Positions 15,830 to 24,232 of a stretch of DNA of 34,661 bases are shown here, piece after piece. The notes under the pieces are model-generated. The model ran no database searches. It was not told the origin of the DNA and worked only from the letters and a program-made list of their open reading frames with translations. The first letter of the stretch is position 1, and each line of letters opens with the position of its first letter. A program made the translations under genes and the position numbers. Source of the DNA: a virus (Duplodnaviria; Caudoviricetes); IMG/VR virus record IMGVR_UViG_3300050133_000059, positions 1 to 34,661 of that record; one strand, 5' to 3'.

Positions 15830-16329
15830 GCACACGCACCATCGATTTAGCCGTTGAAATGAAAAAGCTTCAGGCGCTGGCAGAAGATGGCGAACTGACT
15901 CCGGAAATGATCGCGGACACCCTTGAAGGGTTGGAGGGCATGCTGGGTGACAAATTGGACGCAACAATGGCTGTCGTTCGTGGATTCCTGGGTAACGTTG
16001 AAACATGCGACGCGGAAGCCAAACGTCTAGCTGAACGTAAAAAGATGTGGGCCAATCAGGCTGAACTGCTCAAGAAATACATTCTTGATTGCATGATCAC
16101 CGCGGGCAGTGACAGCGTTAAAACGGCCACCAACACCTTTAGTGCGCGCAAAGGATCACTGCGTCTGGTTGTGGATGATGAAGAGTCACTGCCTGACGAT
16201 TTTGTTGAGTCGTACACCCAGATCGTAAACAAGGTGAAAAGTGACGAGCTGAAAAAAGCCCTTCAGGCCGGAACCGAGATTAAAGGGGCTCACCTTGAAA
16301 CCGGTCCCCGCTCTCTTGCCGTCCGCTGA
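15826..16329 (+). CDS. Siphovirus Gp157 family protein
   Basis: IADTLEG, E.KRL.ERKK, LKKYI...M, LP.DF and LKKAL.AG.EI.GAHL...SL.VR motifs. Confidence 0.88.
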   Translation: MSTRTIDLAVEMKKLQALAEDGELTPEMIADTLEGLEGMLGDKLDATMAVVRGFLGNVETCDAEAKRLAERKKMWANQAELLKKYILDCMITAGSDSVKTATNTFSARKGSLRLVVDDEESLPDDFVESYTQIVNKVKSDELKKALQAGTEIKGAHLETGPRSLAVR

Positions 16330-16406
16330 TATTGATTTCTGAAAATCAAAACTGTACCGGTCAGCATGCCAATATGTTGACCGGTCAACCTAATGAGGTA
16401 TGACCA

Positions 16407-16682
16407 ATGGCTAAGTTTCTGACCTTAGAAGAATGGAGCGATGCAAATTACGAAAGCAATAAGCCATCAATCCAGACTCTGTGGCGCTGGGCGCGCGATG
16501 GATATATCTATCCGGCCCCGGAAAAGCACGGGCGCCAGTACCGCGTGAAACCAAACGCCATCTACATCAATCCAAAAGATGTGATGCTCGGCAAAAAAAT
16601 TAAAGATGCGCAAAGCAGCTCCCCGGCGCGCAGCGCGTTCATGGAGAAAGTAATCAATGACGCGGCGAAGCACAAAGTATGA
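16407..16682 (+). CDS. xis: Excisionase
   Basis: LTLEEW...PS..TL.RWAR.G.IYPAPEKHGR.YRV.P.A.YI; overlaps int by 26 nt. Confidence 0.9.
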   Translation: MAKFLTLEEWSDANYESNKPSIQTLWRWARDGYIYPAPEKHGRQYRVKPNAIYINPKDVMLGKKIKDAQSSSPARSAFMEKVINDAAKHKV

Positions 16683-17739
16683 CGCAAACCTCCCGAAGAA
16701 TCTGACGTACCGCCGCCGCTATAAGTCATATTATTGGCGTAATCCGCTAACCAAGAAAGAATTCTCTCTCGGCCAGATCTCGCGCAGGGATGCGATTTCT
16801 CAAGCCATAGAGGCAAATAATTTCATCGAACAAAGCTTTTCCCCCGTCGCCCTTCTGGAACGATTAAAGGGCACCAACGAGTACACGATGAAATCTTGGC
16901 TGGAGCGTTACGACGTGTTGTTCAAGCGGCGAAAGTTGGCCGAAAACACATACAAGGTGCGGAAAGGTCAGATTGCAATTATCGAAGAGAAAATGGGGAA
17001 AATGGTGTTAGGGAAAATCACGACGCGGCATATCGCTGACTTCCTCGAAATCTGGGTAGCTCAGGACAAAAAAACCATGGCGGCCACAATGCGGTCGGTG
17101 CTGTCAGATATTTTCAGGGAGGCAATAGTCGAAGGGCATATTGAGCAGAATCCAGTAGCGTCAACGCGTGCCGCCAAGCCGGTGGTAAGGCGTGAACGGT
17201 TAGAGTTAGAGCAATACCTCGCAATAAGACAGAGTGCAAATTTACTGCCCGCATGGTTTGGCCTCTCGATGGATCTGGCACTCATAACCGGCCAGCGCCG
17301 GGAGGATATTGCGCTGATGCGCTTTGACCAGGTTGTTGATGGGCGGCTACTGATAGACCAAGGGAAAACCGGTGCGATGATCTCCCTTCCTCTGGATCTT
17401 GAACTGCGGAGTGTTGGTTTGCGGTTAGGTACAGTGATCGACCGTTGCCGACTGGCAAGCAGCACGGATTTCATGATCAGCGCAGGGAAAAGGAAAAACA
17501 GTCCGGATGGATCGCTTCACCCCGACGGGCTAACGAAAAAGTTTGTGACAGCGCGTAGTTCTGCAGGAATTGAGTTCGAAGATAGCCCACCGACTTTTCA
17601 TGAGATCCGGAGCCTGGCGGGAAGGTTATACGAGAAGGAGAAAGGTAAAGAGTTTGCGAGGAAATTACTGGGGCATAAATCGGAGAAAATGACAGATAAA
17701 TATCTGGATACTAGGGGGAAAGAGTACGCAATGTTGTAA
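16657..17739 (+). CDS. int: Tyrosine integrase (lambda Int family)
   Basis: Arm-binding N-terminus; catalytic motifs TGQRREDI, KTG, FHEIRSL, LLGH and T.KY.D.R. Confidence 0.96.
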   Translation: MTRRSTKYDANLPKNLTYRRRYKSYYWRNPLTKKEFSLGQISRRDAISQAIEANNFIEQSFSPVALLERLKGTNEYTMKSWLERYDVLFKRRKLAENTYKVRKGQIAIIEEKMGKMVLGKITTRHIADFLEIWVAQDKKTMAATMRSVLSDIFREAIVEGHIEQNPVASTRAAKPVVRRERLELEQYLAIRQSANLLPAWFGLSMDLALITGQRREDIALMRFDQVVDGRLLIDQGKTGAMISLPLDLELRSVGLRLGTVIDRCRLASSTDFMISAGKRKNSPDGSLHPDGLTKKFVTARSSAGIEFEDSPPTFHEIRSLAGRLYEKEKGKEFARKLLGHKSEKMTDKYLDTRGKEYAML

Positions 17740-17753
17740 AAGGCCGAGTACAA

Positions 17754-17988
17754 GATTTCGTGTAATTTTCGTGTATTTTCGTTTTTCCTGAAAATTACCA
17801 TTACAAATCAACAAGTAAAAAAAAGACCGAATACGATTCCTTTATACGCAAAAAATTAATTTATTCCTTTTATATCAATACATTAACTTATTTTATACAC
17901 GACAAATAACTATCAAAACCTTATTTCCACTTCCTTTAATTTCAGATAGTTAATACCTATTTCGTTTCAATTCGTGAAGATTTCGTTT
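17754..17988. mobile_element. attP: core 17817-17841 flanked by arm-type repeats and IHF sites
   Basis: Core AAAAAAAAGACCGAATACGATTCCT (reverse complement of the sdsR/ryeB 3' end as recalled); TTCGT triplets at 17757/17768/17778 and 17961/17971/17982; WATCAANNNNTTR at 17873-17885 and 17911-17923. Confidence 0.82.
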
Positions 17989-18255
17989 TCATCGGAGCAT
18001 AAAGTTATCCAAGCTATCATCAAACTTCATGATGTCCTTCTTTTGCCCTGCCATTGTCTGCAGAATCTCCATGCCCTGCATCAGAGACACTGGCTGTTCA
18101 ATGACAAAGCAGAACCAGTCATCGTAAACCTGTCCCAACCAGTAACCGCCACCGTGCTCTTTCAGGCGCTGGAAGAAGACGTACTTGCCAGGTTCTATTC
18201 GATCCCGAGTCTCGCCGCGGTACACGATGTCAAAACCCAAATCCTTCTTAGCCAT
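17989..18255 (-). CDS. 88-aa SOS-controlled hypothetical protein next to att
   Basis: Start MAKKD at 18255 with GAGG at 18264-18261; LexA box directly upstream. Confidence 0.78.
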   Translation of the reverse strand: MAKKDLGFDIVYRGETRDRIEPGKYVFFQRLKEHGGGYWLGQVYDDWFCFVIEQPVSLMQGMEILQTMAGQKKDIMKFDDSLDNFMLR

Positions 18256-18273
18256 AACCGCCTCAAAAAAACA

Positions 18274-18317
18274 CTGTTCATGCATACAGTATAATCATGA
18301 GGAATTTGGTTTGTGAA
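18274..18317 (-). promoter_or_regulatory. sigma70 promoter with a LexA box
   Basis: CTGTATGCATGAACAG (18289-18274); TTCACA (18317-18312)-18 nt-TATACT (18293-18288). Confidence 0.75.
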
Positions 18318-18364
18318 GTCAGTGTAGAGAGAAAAATCTTAGAAGGCTGATCTGAAAGGAAAAT

Positions 18365-18387
18365 AAAAACCCCGCCGGAGCGGGGTT
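18365..18387 (-). terminator. Intrinsic terminator after the acyltransferase
   Basis: AACCCCGC-TCCG-GCGGGGTT-TTT. Confidence 0.8.
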
Positions 18388-18412
18388 AAGATGGAAGTTG
18401 CATGCTTATTTT

Positions 18413-19543
18413 CTAAGATATCTTACTTATGACTTTTTTCCCGATTCCTATAAATGGTTTCTCAATAAGTTTGTGAACCCAAAAAGCCAAAAATATAGAT
18501 ACGATGGTAAGATATATAAGTTGCGAGATACCATTATGATTATTAAACAACTTGAAGATATCTGGGTACTTTTGGAAAGCCTCGATTATAATCGCATGCG
18601 TTAAATAAAGTGAGTATGAAATATCCCCCAACACATTTAGACAAGGAATTTCTTTTACTGTATTGAATTTTTCGAAGCATAGACCAGAGACTACTAATAC
18701 TGCACACCACATTCCCCAAAGCATAGGGCCATGTCCATATACTTGAACAGAGAGTATAGACAAGATAGCTATTAAAAAAACAAAACCAGAAATCACCCCT
18801 AGTGCTTTTTCAAGATAATCTGGCAGTTTTACACCCCTCGTTAAAGTAAATATTTTATATATTACTAATCCGTATATAAAGTCAATAAATAAAGGAGAGG
18901 ACAAGAATGTTAGCGGAGCATGAAGCACGCTGCCATTCGCAAAAGAATTATCATTATAGGCGGCTAATGTAACTACACCTGTGAAGTGGTATTGTATTCC
19001 GCAGACCAATGCCAGTATTGATAAGATAGCGATTAACCATCTGAATCTATGGTTAATAGAAAAAGAAAGCATAAATATAGCGTAAAAGGCTATTTCATAG
19101 GTAAGCGTCCATGCAGGACCCAATAGATTATATCCAAAGAATGGCGATCCTGAAGAGTAGTTTTCATTTAGCGGAATGATAGACCTCACCAGAAGAGTAA
19201 AATCATATCCCTTCCCTAAAGTAACAAATGCTGTTAAAACCGAAAATATTAATAGTGGGTATATTCTAAAAAATCGCCTCAGCACATACTTAACTGCCAT
19301 TAGGTTTTCTTTTTTTTCTGTCGCATAGCAAATTATAAATCCACTAATTATAAAGAAAAGGTCTACCCCGAAGGCCCCGCCATAAAAAAGAAGATCGCCT
19401 AAATCCTTTTGCGCATATACATTATTTAGATTTACCCTAAGATGGTAAAAAACAACCATTAACGCCGCTATTCCTCGAAGATAATGAATGCTGTTTATTT
19501 TTCCTGAACCCACGATTTTCACCCGAAGACATAAAACATCCAT
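18413..19543 (-). CDS. Acyltransferase-3 family membrane O-acyltransferase (Oac/OafA-like) moron
   Basis: LRG.AAL.VV.YH, GVDLFF.ISGF, RRFFRIYP, WTL.YE..FY, G.ISYSLYL.H and IEKP motifs; multiple TM helices; AT-rich. The start could be the slightly downstream GTG. Confidence 0.92.
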   Translation of the reverse strand: MDVLCLRVKIVGSGKINSIHYLRGIAALMVVFYHLRVNLNNVYAQKDLGDLLFYGGAFGVDLFFIISGFIICYATEKKENLMAVKYVLRRFFRIYPLLIFSVLTAFVTLGKGYDFTLLVRSIIPLNENYSSGSPFFGYNLLGPAWTLTYEIAFYAIFMLSFSINHRFRWLIAILSILALVCGIQYHFTGVVTLAAYNDNSFANGSVLHAPLTFLSSPLFIDFIYGLVIYKIFTLTRGVKLPDYLEKALGVISGFVFLIAILSILSVQVYGHGPMLWGMWCAVLVVSGLCFEKFNTVKEIPCLNVLGDISYSLYLTHAIIIEAFQKYPDIFKLFNNHNGISQLIYLTIVSIFLAFWVHKLIEKPFIGIGKKVISKIS

Positions 19544-19588
19544 GTTAGATTATCGTCAGGATTAATACAATGAATGTGACAAAATTAT

Positions 19589-20020
19589 TCAAGCGTGAGG
19601 CGCAGTAGGCCACTGAATATCTGGTGCAGAAGACGTATCTAAGGCCTCAAGTTCATCCAAATAATCCAACCATGCATTATATTGCGTCTTTTCTGTGTCA
19701 GATAACCTCCCCATGGCTGCCTTGCCAGGCCATTGTTTACTGTTGATATAAACATTAGCTTCTTCTATTCGGCTTTGCTTTTCCGTCTCTGCAAGTGCTA
19801 CTTGCTCATCGTGAGAAGGTGGTGGCGTGTCTCCCCATGTTGGATATCCATCATCACCAGCAATGCGAATCTTTCCAGAGGGTGGGGTTTGAAATGAAGC
19901 AAATAAATCCTCATCAACTTCCACGCCATTTTTCGGCCAAGCGCCTGCACTCTCGTAATCATCTTGCATATCGAGGGGGTAAAATGCATTTGTCACTGCA
20001 TCGTATAAATATTTGTTCAT
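19589..20020 (-). CDS. tfa: Tail fibre assembly protein
   Basis: AFYP...Y..AG.WP, PP.GK.R.AG.DG.P.W, W.DY...L and APDI.WP motifs; start MNKYLY at 20020. Confidence 0.9.
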   Translation of the reverse strand: MNKYLYDAVTNAFYPLDMQDDYESAGAWPKNGVEVDEDLFASFQTPPSGKIRIAGDDGYPTWGDTPPPSHDEQVALAETEKQSRIEEANVYINSKQWPGKAAMGRLSDTEKTQYNAWLDYLDELEALDTSSAPDIQWPTAPHA

Positions 20021-20024
20021 AGAT

Positions 20025-20906
20025 TCATTTCCCAATTGCGATCCAGTTTGCACCGGCACCGGTACCAGATGATGAAGGTCTTGAGCTACTCAAATAAAAG
20101 CCCGCCAGACCGATTGGAGTTACAGAAAAGGAAGGGCAATCCGTCGCTATGTTGCTTGCGGTATCAAACGAAGTTGTCACCGTGAAAGAATTTGTGAATG
20201 CAATCGGCAATGGAATAGCTAGGGGGTAACCAATCGGGCCTGATATAGATGTTCCTCTTTGAATAATTGTGCCATCTGGAAACTTAACCCAACCAGATCC
20301 CGACGTAAATGAAGCCATGCTAGGGAGTTGATTGGCACCAGTACCAACGGTTGCAGTAGCTGCCGTCCCAAGTCCGAGGTTAGACCTTGCTGTCGCAGCA
20401 TTAGCCAAGTCAGATAAATTACTGGCTTTCTGGGCAGCCCCAGTGATGCGCGAGTCATTACCAGCCGCTACCGTTCCTGCTGCAGTGCCTGTATTTAAAG
20501 TCGCGGAATTCCCTAACCCCAGATTGGTTCTTGCCAAAGCCTGGGATGCAGCGCCCAAGGTTGCAATTTCAGACAAACTGTTTGCTATTTGCAATAGGGA
20601 ACCCAGCGTCCCAGCCGTAAACATATTTGCCGCTATATCATTGGCTGACCAAATTCTCGCCGCTGTCCCTTCTTGAGCCCGTGCAATGGTGAATACATCT
20701 CCACTGACGGCTGTGACATGCACTATCTCCGTTAGCGTTCCAGTGGCTGCATCAACAAGGGTCAGTTTGAAATAGCTTGTACCGGATATAGGGGCGGGGA
20801 ACAGCACCCCGGTACCAGTATTAACTGTGAGCGTTGTTGCAGACGAACTTATACCCGCTGCCAACACCGATGAAGCGTTATTGGAAGCCAAAAGTGTTAG
20901 GGCCAT
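20025..20906 (-). CDS. Short tail fibre protein (293 aa)
   Basis: Two AR.NLGLG repeats, AAGNDSRITGA, and a C-terminal GW.KFP.G.IIQ.G domain; adjacent to tfa. Confidence 0.85.
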   Translation of the reverse strand: MALTLLASNNASSVLAAGISSSATTLTVNTGTGVLFPAPISGTSYFKLTLVDAATGTLTEIVHVTAVSGDVFTIARAQEGTAARIWSANDIAANMFTAGTLGSLLQIANSLSEIATLGAASQALARTNLGLGNSATLNTGTAAGTVAAGNDSRITGAAQKASNLSDLANAATARSNLGLGTAATATVGTGANQLPSMASFTSGSGWVKFPDGTIIQRGTSISGPIGYPLAIPLPIAFTNSFTVTTSFDTASNIATDCPSFSVTPIGLAGFYLSSSRPSSSGTGAGANWIAIGK

Positions 20907-20929
20907 TTATCCTCCGGGATTTAGGCAAT

Positions 20930-20951
20930 AAAAAACCCGCCTAAGCGGGTT
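20930..20951 (-). terminator. Intrinsic terminator of the lipoprotein moron
   Basis: AACCCGC-TTAG-GCGGGTT-TTTT. Confidence 0.8.
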
Positions 20952-20967
20952 GGATAACTGAAAAAAT

Positions 20968-21729
20968 TTATGATTTCTTGCAATCATACATCTGAAATCT
21001 TACTGCATCATCTACATAGTCATATTTATAAATATATCTTCCGCCGAGAATTTTTGTCACTTCATATTTATTGTAAGTGGTAATAACATAACTTGCGCCA
21101 TCATATTCAGCAATGAAAGTTTCAGTACCATTCACAGATGTTGCCGTTCTTAGCCCTGATGCAGAATCTGTAACCTTTAACTCTGGAGATACAATCTGAT
21201 TATCATTCGAAAAGATTACACCGAAATTATTTATATTATCTTTCACACCAGCACGTAATCCACTATCGACTAGATTTTTGGCAGGATTGATTGCCACCTT
21301 ACAATAGAATAGATCGCCTTTTTTAACAGGTATCTTTTGGGTTCTCTCTTTGATTATTTTATTATTATACGAATCCGCGATTTCACTCTGCTTTTTCTTT
21401 ACTTTGTTCCAGTCTTTGTTATAAGCAGCAACGTAATAATTGTAAGCGCACTCGTCAGACAATGATGAATAGCACGAGGATATCATCCCAGTTAGGAAGG
21501 AATCACTTTCCTCGCCATTACCTATATACCTTTTTCGTGCATCGTAAATATTATATGGATCATCAGGTGATCTATTTTTTATTTCGAAAGGACTCCATTT
21601 TAATAGAACGTCTCTTTTTTGTTGTAAGGTTTTTGCTTCTTCACGATCTCTATTCCTTTCATATTGATACCCACACCCGCTCAAAATAAGGCATGACAGA
21701 ACCACGCAGCAAAGTTTTTTCATTTTCAT
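20968..21729 (-). CDS. Lipoprotein moron of unknown function
   Basis: MKKLCCVVLSCLILSG-C lipobox; AT-rich; candidate promoter TTGAAG (21785-21780)-16 nt-TAAAAT (21763-21758). Confidence 0.8.
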   Translation of the reverse strand: MKMKKLCCVVLSCLILSGCGYQYERNRDREEAKTLQQKRDVLLKWSPFEIKNRSPDDPYNIYDARKRYIGNGEESDSFLTGMISSCYSSLSDECAYNYYVAAYNKDWNKVKKKQSEIADSYNNKIIKERTQKIPVKKGDLFYCKVAINPAKNLVDSGLRAGVKDNINNFGVIFSNDNQIVSPELKVTDSASGLRTATSVNGTETFIAEYDGASYVITTYNKYEVTKILGGRYIYKYDYVDDAVRFQMYDCKKS

Positions 21730-21781
21730 CCCTAATCACCTAATTTTTGATGGATGAATTTTACACCGCATCCCAACAACT

Positions 21782-22486
21782 TCAACCAACAATAGTTACT
21801 GAAACTGGTTGATAAAATGGCATGTGTAGCAGGCCACTATCGAAAGCCTGCTTAAACAGAGCTGCGTATTCGTACTCTGTGCTTTGTATCAGTACACTGG
21901 TGTTCTGTTGGTATGACCGGCTATTGAATCCGAACGAGTTATACAGGGCCGAATTAGTCAATTTTCTGTACCCCTTGATGACCGATATGCTTGCACCAGC
22001 TCCTGAGAATAAAACCGACACACTCCAGCGCTGATCGTTCGCTACATCCACGCCATCAACACCTGTCAGGAACCGCATAATGCGGCGCTTTAACCAAGGA
22101 ATGGTGAAGTTAAAACCATCGGCTTTGTAAAAGTTCCAAGTCATGATCCGTTTGAATAAGTCGTCAGATACCACTACCTGGTTTGAATCGTTTTTTACTT
22201 TCCGTCCATTGTATGGAAGTTGGTTAAACATGGCTGTATTGTACGGGCCAAAAACCTGACGCTTGCTGCTGATTAAAACAGGCGACTTCACACCGTATAT
22301 GCCACTTGCTATCCATTTTAACTGATCACCCGCGTTAAATCCGTTAATGAAAACTGGTAGATTGGCTTGTTTCATCCAATCAAATATTTCCTTTGCTAAC
22401 GTATTATATGCATCAATAAAAGCTTGGATGTTCTCATCATCATTGTACTGAGTATAAAGGTATGCCCTGATAATATCGTCCAGCAT
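21782..22486 (-). CDS. Baseplate wedge subunit
   Basis: Follows the baseplate J gene; G.QL.WI..IYG and DD.FKR motifs; mainly positional. Confidence 0.65.
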   Translation of the reverse strand: MLDDIIRAYLYTQYNDDENIQAFIDAYNTLAKEIFDWMKQANLPVFINGFNAGDQLKWIASGIYGVKSPVLISSKRQVFGPYNTAMFNQLPYNGRKVKNDSNQVVVSDDLFKRIMTWNFYKADGFNFTIPWLKRRIMRFLTGVDGVDVANDQRWSVSVLFSGAGASISVIKGYRKLTNSALYNSFGFNSRSYQQNTSVLIQSTEYEYAALFKQAFDSGLLHMPFYQPVSVTIVG

Positions 22487-22487
22487 T

Positions 22488-23903
22488 TCAGCTACCCACA
22501 GTTACCCCATCATCAGCAATAAACCAGTAGCTATATGGATCGCCACTGATGATGTTCGTGTTGGTGTCAACGCCAGTTATAACGCCGTTGACCGTCACCA
22601 CAACATCGAGATTGCTTATCAGGCTCATATCGAGTGTGGCATTTATCGCCTGAAGGAATGAATCTTTCAGGTTGTTAATATTCAGTGGCTTTCCGGCATA
22701 AATACCATTTATGTAAGAGATTGCTGGGGCGGTGACTAATGATGCCACTGTTGCATCAGTCAGGTAATTGACTCCCTCAGTTGCCCATACAAACCTTACC
22801 GTGACCTGCTGCTGCAACGGAATGACGAAAGGGATTAGATAACTGTCCGGCCAGTCATTGATTGAGATGGTATTATTTCTCAGGTTTGGAGTGACTACAC
22901 CACCGCCTGTCCACGCTCCAGAAGCAGATGTGTTAATCCCGATTGAAAACGTATTGGGGCTAAGTACTGTAGCCGTCAACGACAAACCATTTATTCCAGA
23001 GATTCCGGTCACACCATTAATTTGCACTACCTGGCCGGTTGTATATCCATGTGTGATATCAGTCGTAACAACGCCCGGTGAGGCATTCGTTATTCCCGTA
23101 ACATTCAATGTTGCGCCTTTGAGTCTGCTGATATCACCAGCAGATTTATAAATTGCACCAGCCATTGAGAATACATCACCACCGCCACACATGATGATCC
23201 ACCCGGTGCCATCAGCAACGACGGAAACTAGACGAGCCTGCACATTATCAACATCAGTTAGTTTTTGACGTATAAACCCCGGATACCCCTGAACAGTGGA
23301 CATTCCTGCTTGCCAAACCCTTTCCCTGAATTCCGCATTTGTTTCTGCTCCTCCGGCTGGAGTTCCTGCGGTTGGGTTGTTACAGGTGATTGTGATATCA
23401 GATGGCAGGCTTGTTAAAATTTGATTTACTGTATTTGCCGGAACAGCCCATGTTCCAGTAATGGACGCCTCGCATGTCACCGCGGCGGTATTGCCAGATG
23501 TTGGAATAATTACCGCATCCAGCAACGTGTACTGATAAGTCCCATCTGCAACGATGAAGCCCTGCGGAACGGGAAAACCCGCCGGTCCGGAAAACACTAC
23601 CGGCACAGTTGTGGAGCCCTCTGTTTTCTGTGCGGACGTGCCATATTGCTGGGCCAGCGTATTCAGCATAGTTAAATTAGCTGTAAGGGGCCCCACGGAG
23701 TTAATGAGGTCAACACGTGCCTGGTCGCAAATCAGTAAGGCACCAACATTTGTCCCTAAAATGTCTTCGATCAGTGAAGCCGGTAATTCTGTTGTAATGC
23801 CCGGGGATTGCGCCGTCGCGAGCGTTACAAGCTGGTTTCTTAATTCAGCAGCTGTTTGCGGAACCGGGCCTGAAGCATCATAAATAACTGACAAATCACT
23901 CAT
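22488..23903 (-). CDS. Baseplate J/gp47-like protein with an inserted beta domain
   Basis: G.W.VPANT.N.I and G...ET.AEFR.R motifs; insert ITNASPGVVTT..THG.TTG..V.I.GV.G. Confidence 0.82.
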   Translation of the reverse strand: MSDLSVIYDASGPVPQTAAELRNQLVTLATAQSPGITTELPASLIEDILGTNVGALLICDQARVDLINSVGPLTANLTMLNTLAQQYGTSAQKTEGSTTVPVVFSGPAGFPVPQGFIVADGTYQYTLLDAVIIPTSGNTAAVTCEASITGTWAVPANTVNQILTSLPSDITITCNNPTAGTPAGGAETNAEFRERVWQAGMSTVQGYPGFIRQKLTDVDNVQARLVSVVADGTGWIIMCGGGDVFSMAGAIYKSAGDISRLKGATLNVTGITNASPGVVTTDITHGYTTGQVVQINGVTGISGINGLSLTATVLSPNTFSIGINTSASGAWTGGGVVTPNLRNNTISINDWPDSYLIPFVIPLQQQVTVRFVWATEGVNYLTDATVASLVTAPAISYINGIYAGKPLNINNLKDSFLQAINATLDMSLISNLDVVVTVNGVITGVDTNTNIISGDPYSYWFIADDGVTVGS

Positions 23904-24232
23904 ACGTATACCTGCGTGACAATTTTTGAACCTGAGTTTGTAATAACCGAAATGTTATAAACCGGTGGGTCATCGGAAATCATCGCTATCTGCAATGATG
24001 AAAAATACTGGCTGAATTGCTGCTGGACTCGGTTTACGTAATAGGTAGGTAAGATTTGCTGGATCACTGAACCATTGGCCGGCACGCCGCGATCTGCAAA
24101 AAATGGTGACTCCTGAGGTGCTAGCTTTAAGGTTTGCACCAGCGTTGTAAGATGTATCGCATCATTAAAACCGTTTGCATCCGTCTCAACGGTAACCCAA
24201 CGACCAGATGGGTCACGGCCATAAGTCCTCAT
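23900..24232 (-). CDS. Baseplate wedge initiator (gp25/W-like)
   Basis: 110 aa, L.L...ESPF....G.P; lies between the spike and J genes. Confidence 0.6.
   Translation of the reverse strand: MRTYGRDPSGRWVTVETDANGFNDAIHLTTLVQTLKLAPQESPFFADRGVPANGSVIQQILPTYYVNRVQQQFSQYFSSLQIAMISDDPPVYNISVITNSGSKIVTQVYV

Noticed and set aside
13474-16055. Long opposite-strand ORFs (e.g. 13583-14215, 15461-16006) and similar shadow ORFs such as 5149-5640, 17974-18294 and 25979-26515
   Set aside because: They overlap well-supported genes in antisense or alternate frames and show no RBS or recognisable motifs.
8165-16412. Repeated motif as a CRISPR array or integron attC sites
   Set aside because: Copies are dispersed over 8 kb on both strands, are not palindromic, have no regular spacers, and there is no cas gene or integron integrase.
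17817-17900. Intact sdsR/ryeB gene or a prophage-host boundary
   Set aside because: Similarity ends after the ~25-nt core and phage genes continue on both sides.
19589-20906. Tail fibre inversion system or diversity-generating retroelement
   Set aside because: No invertase, reverse transcriptase, second fibre tip or duplicated template region is visible in the window.
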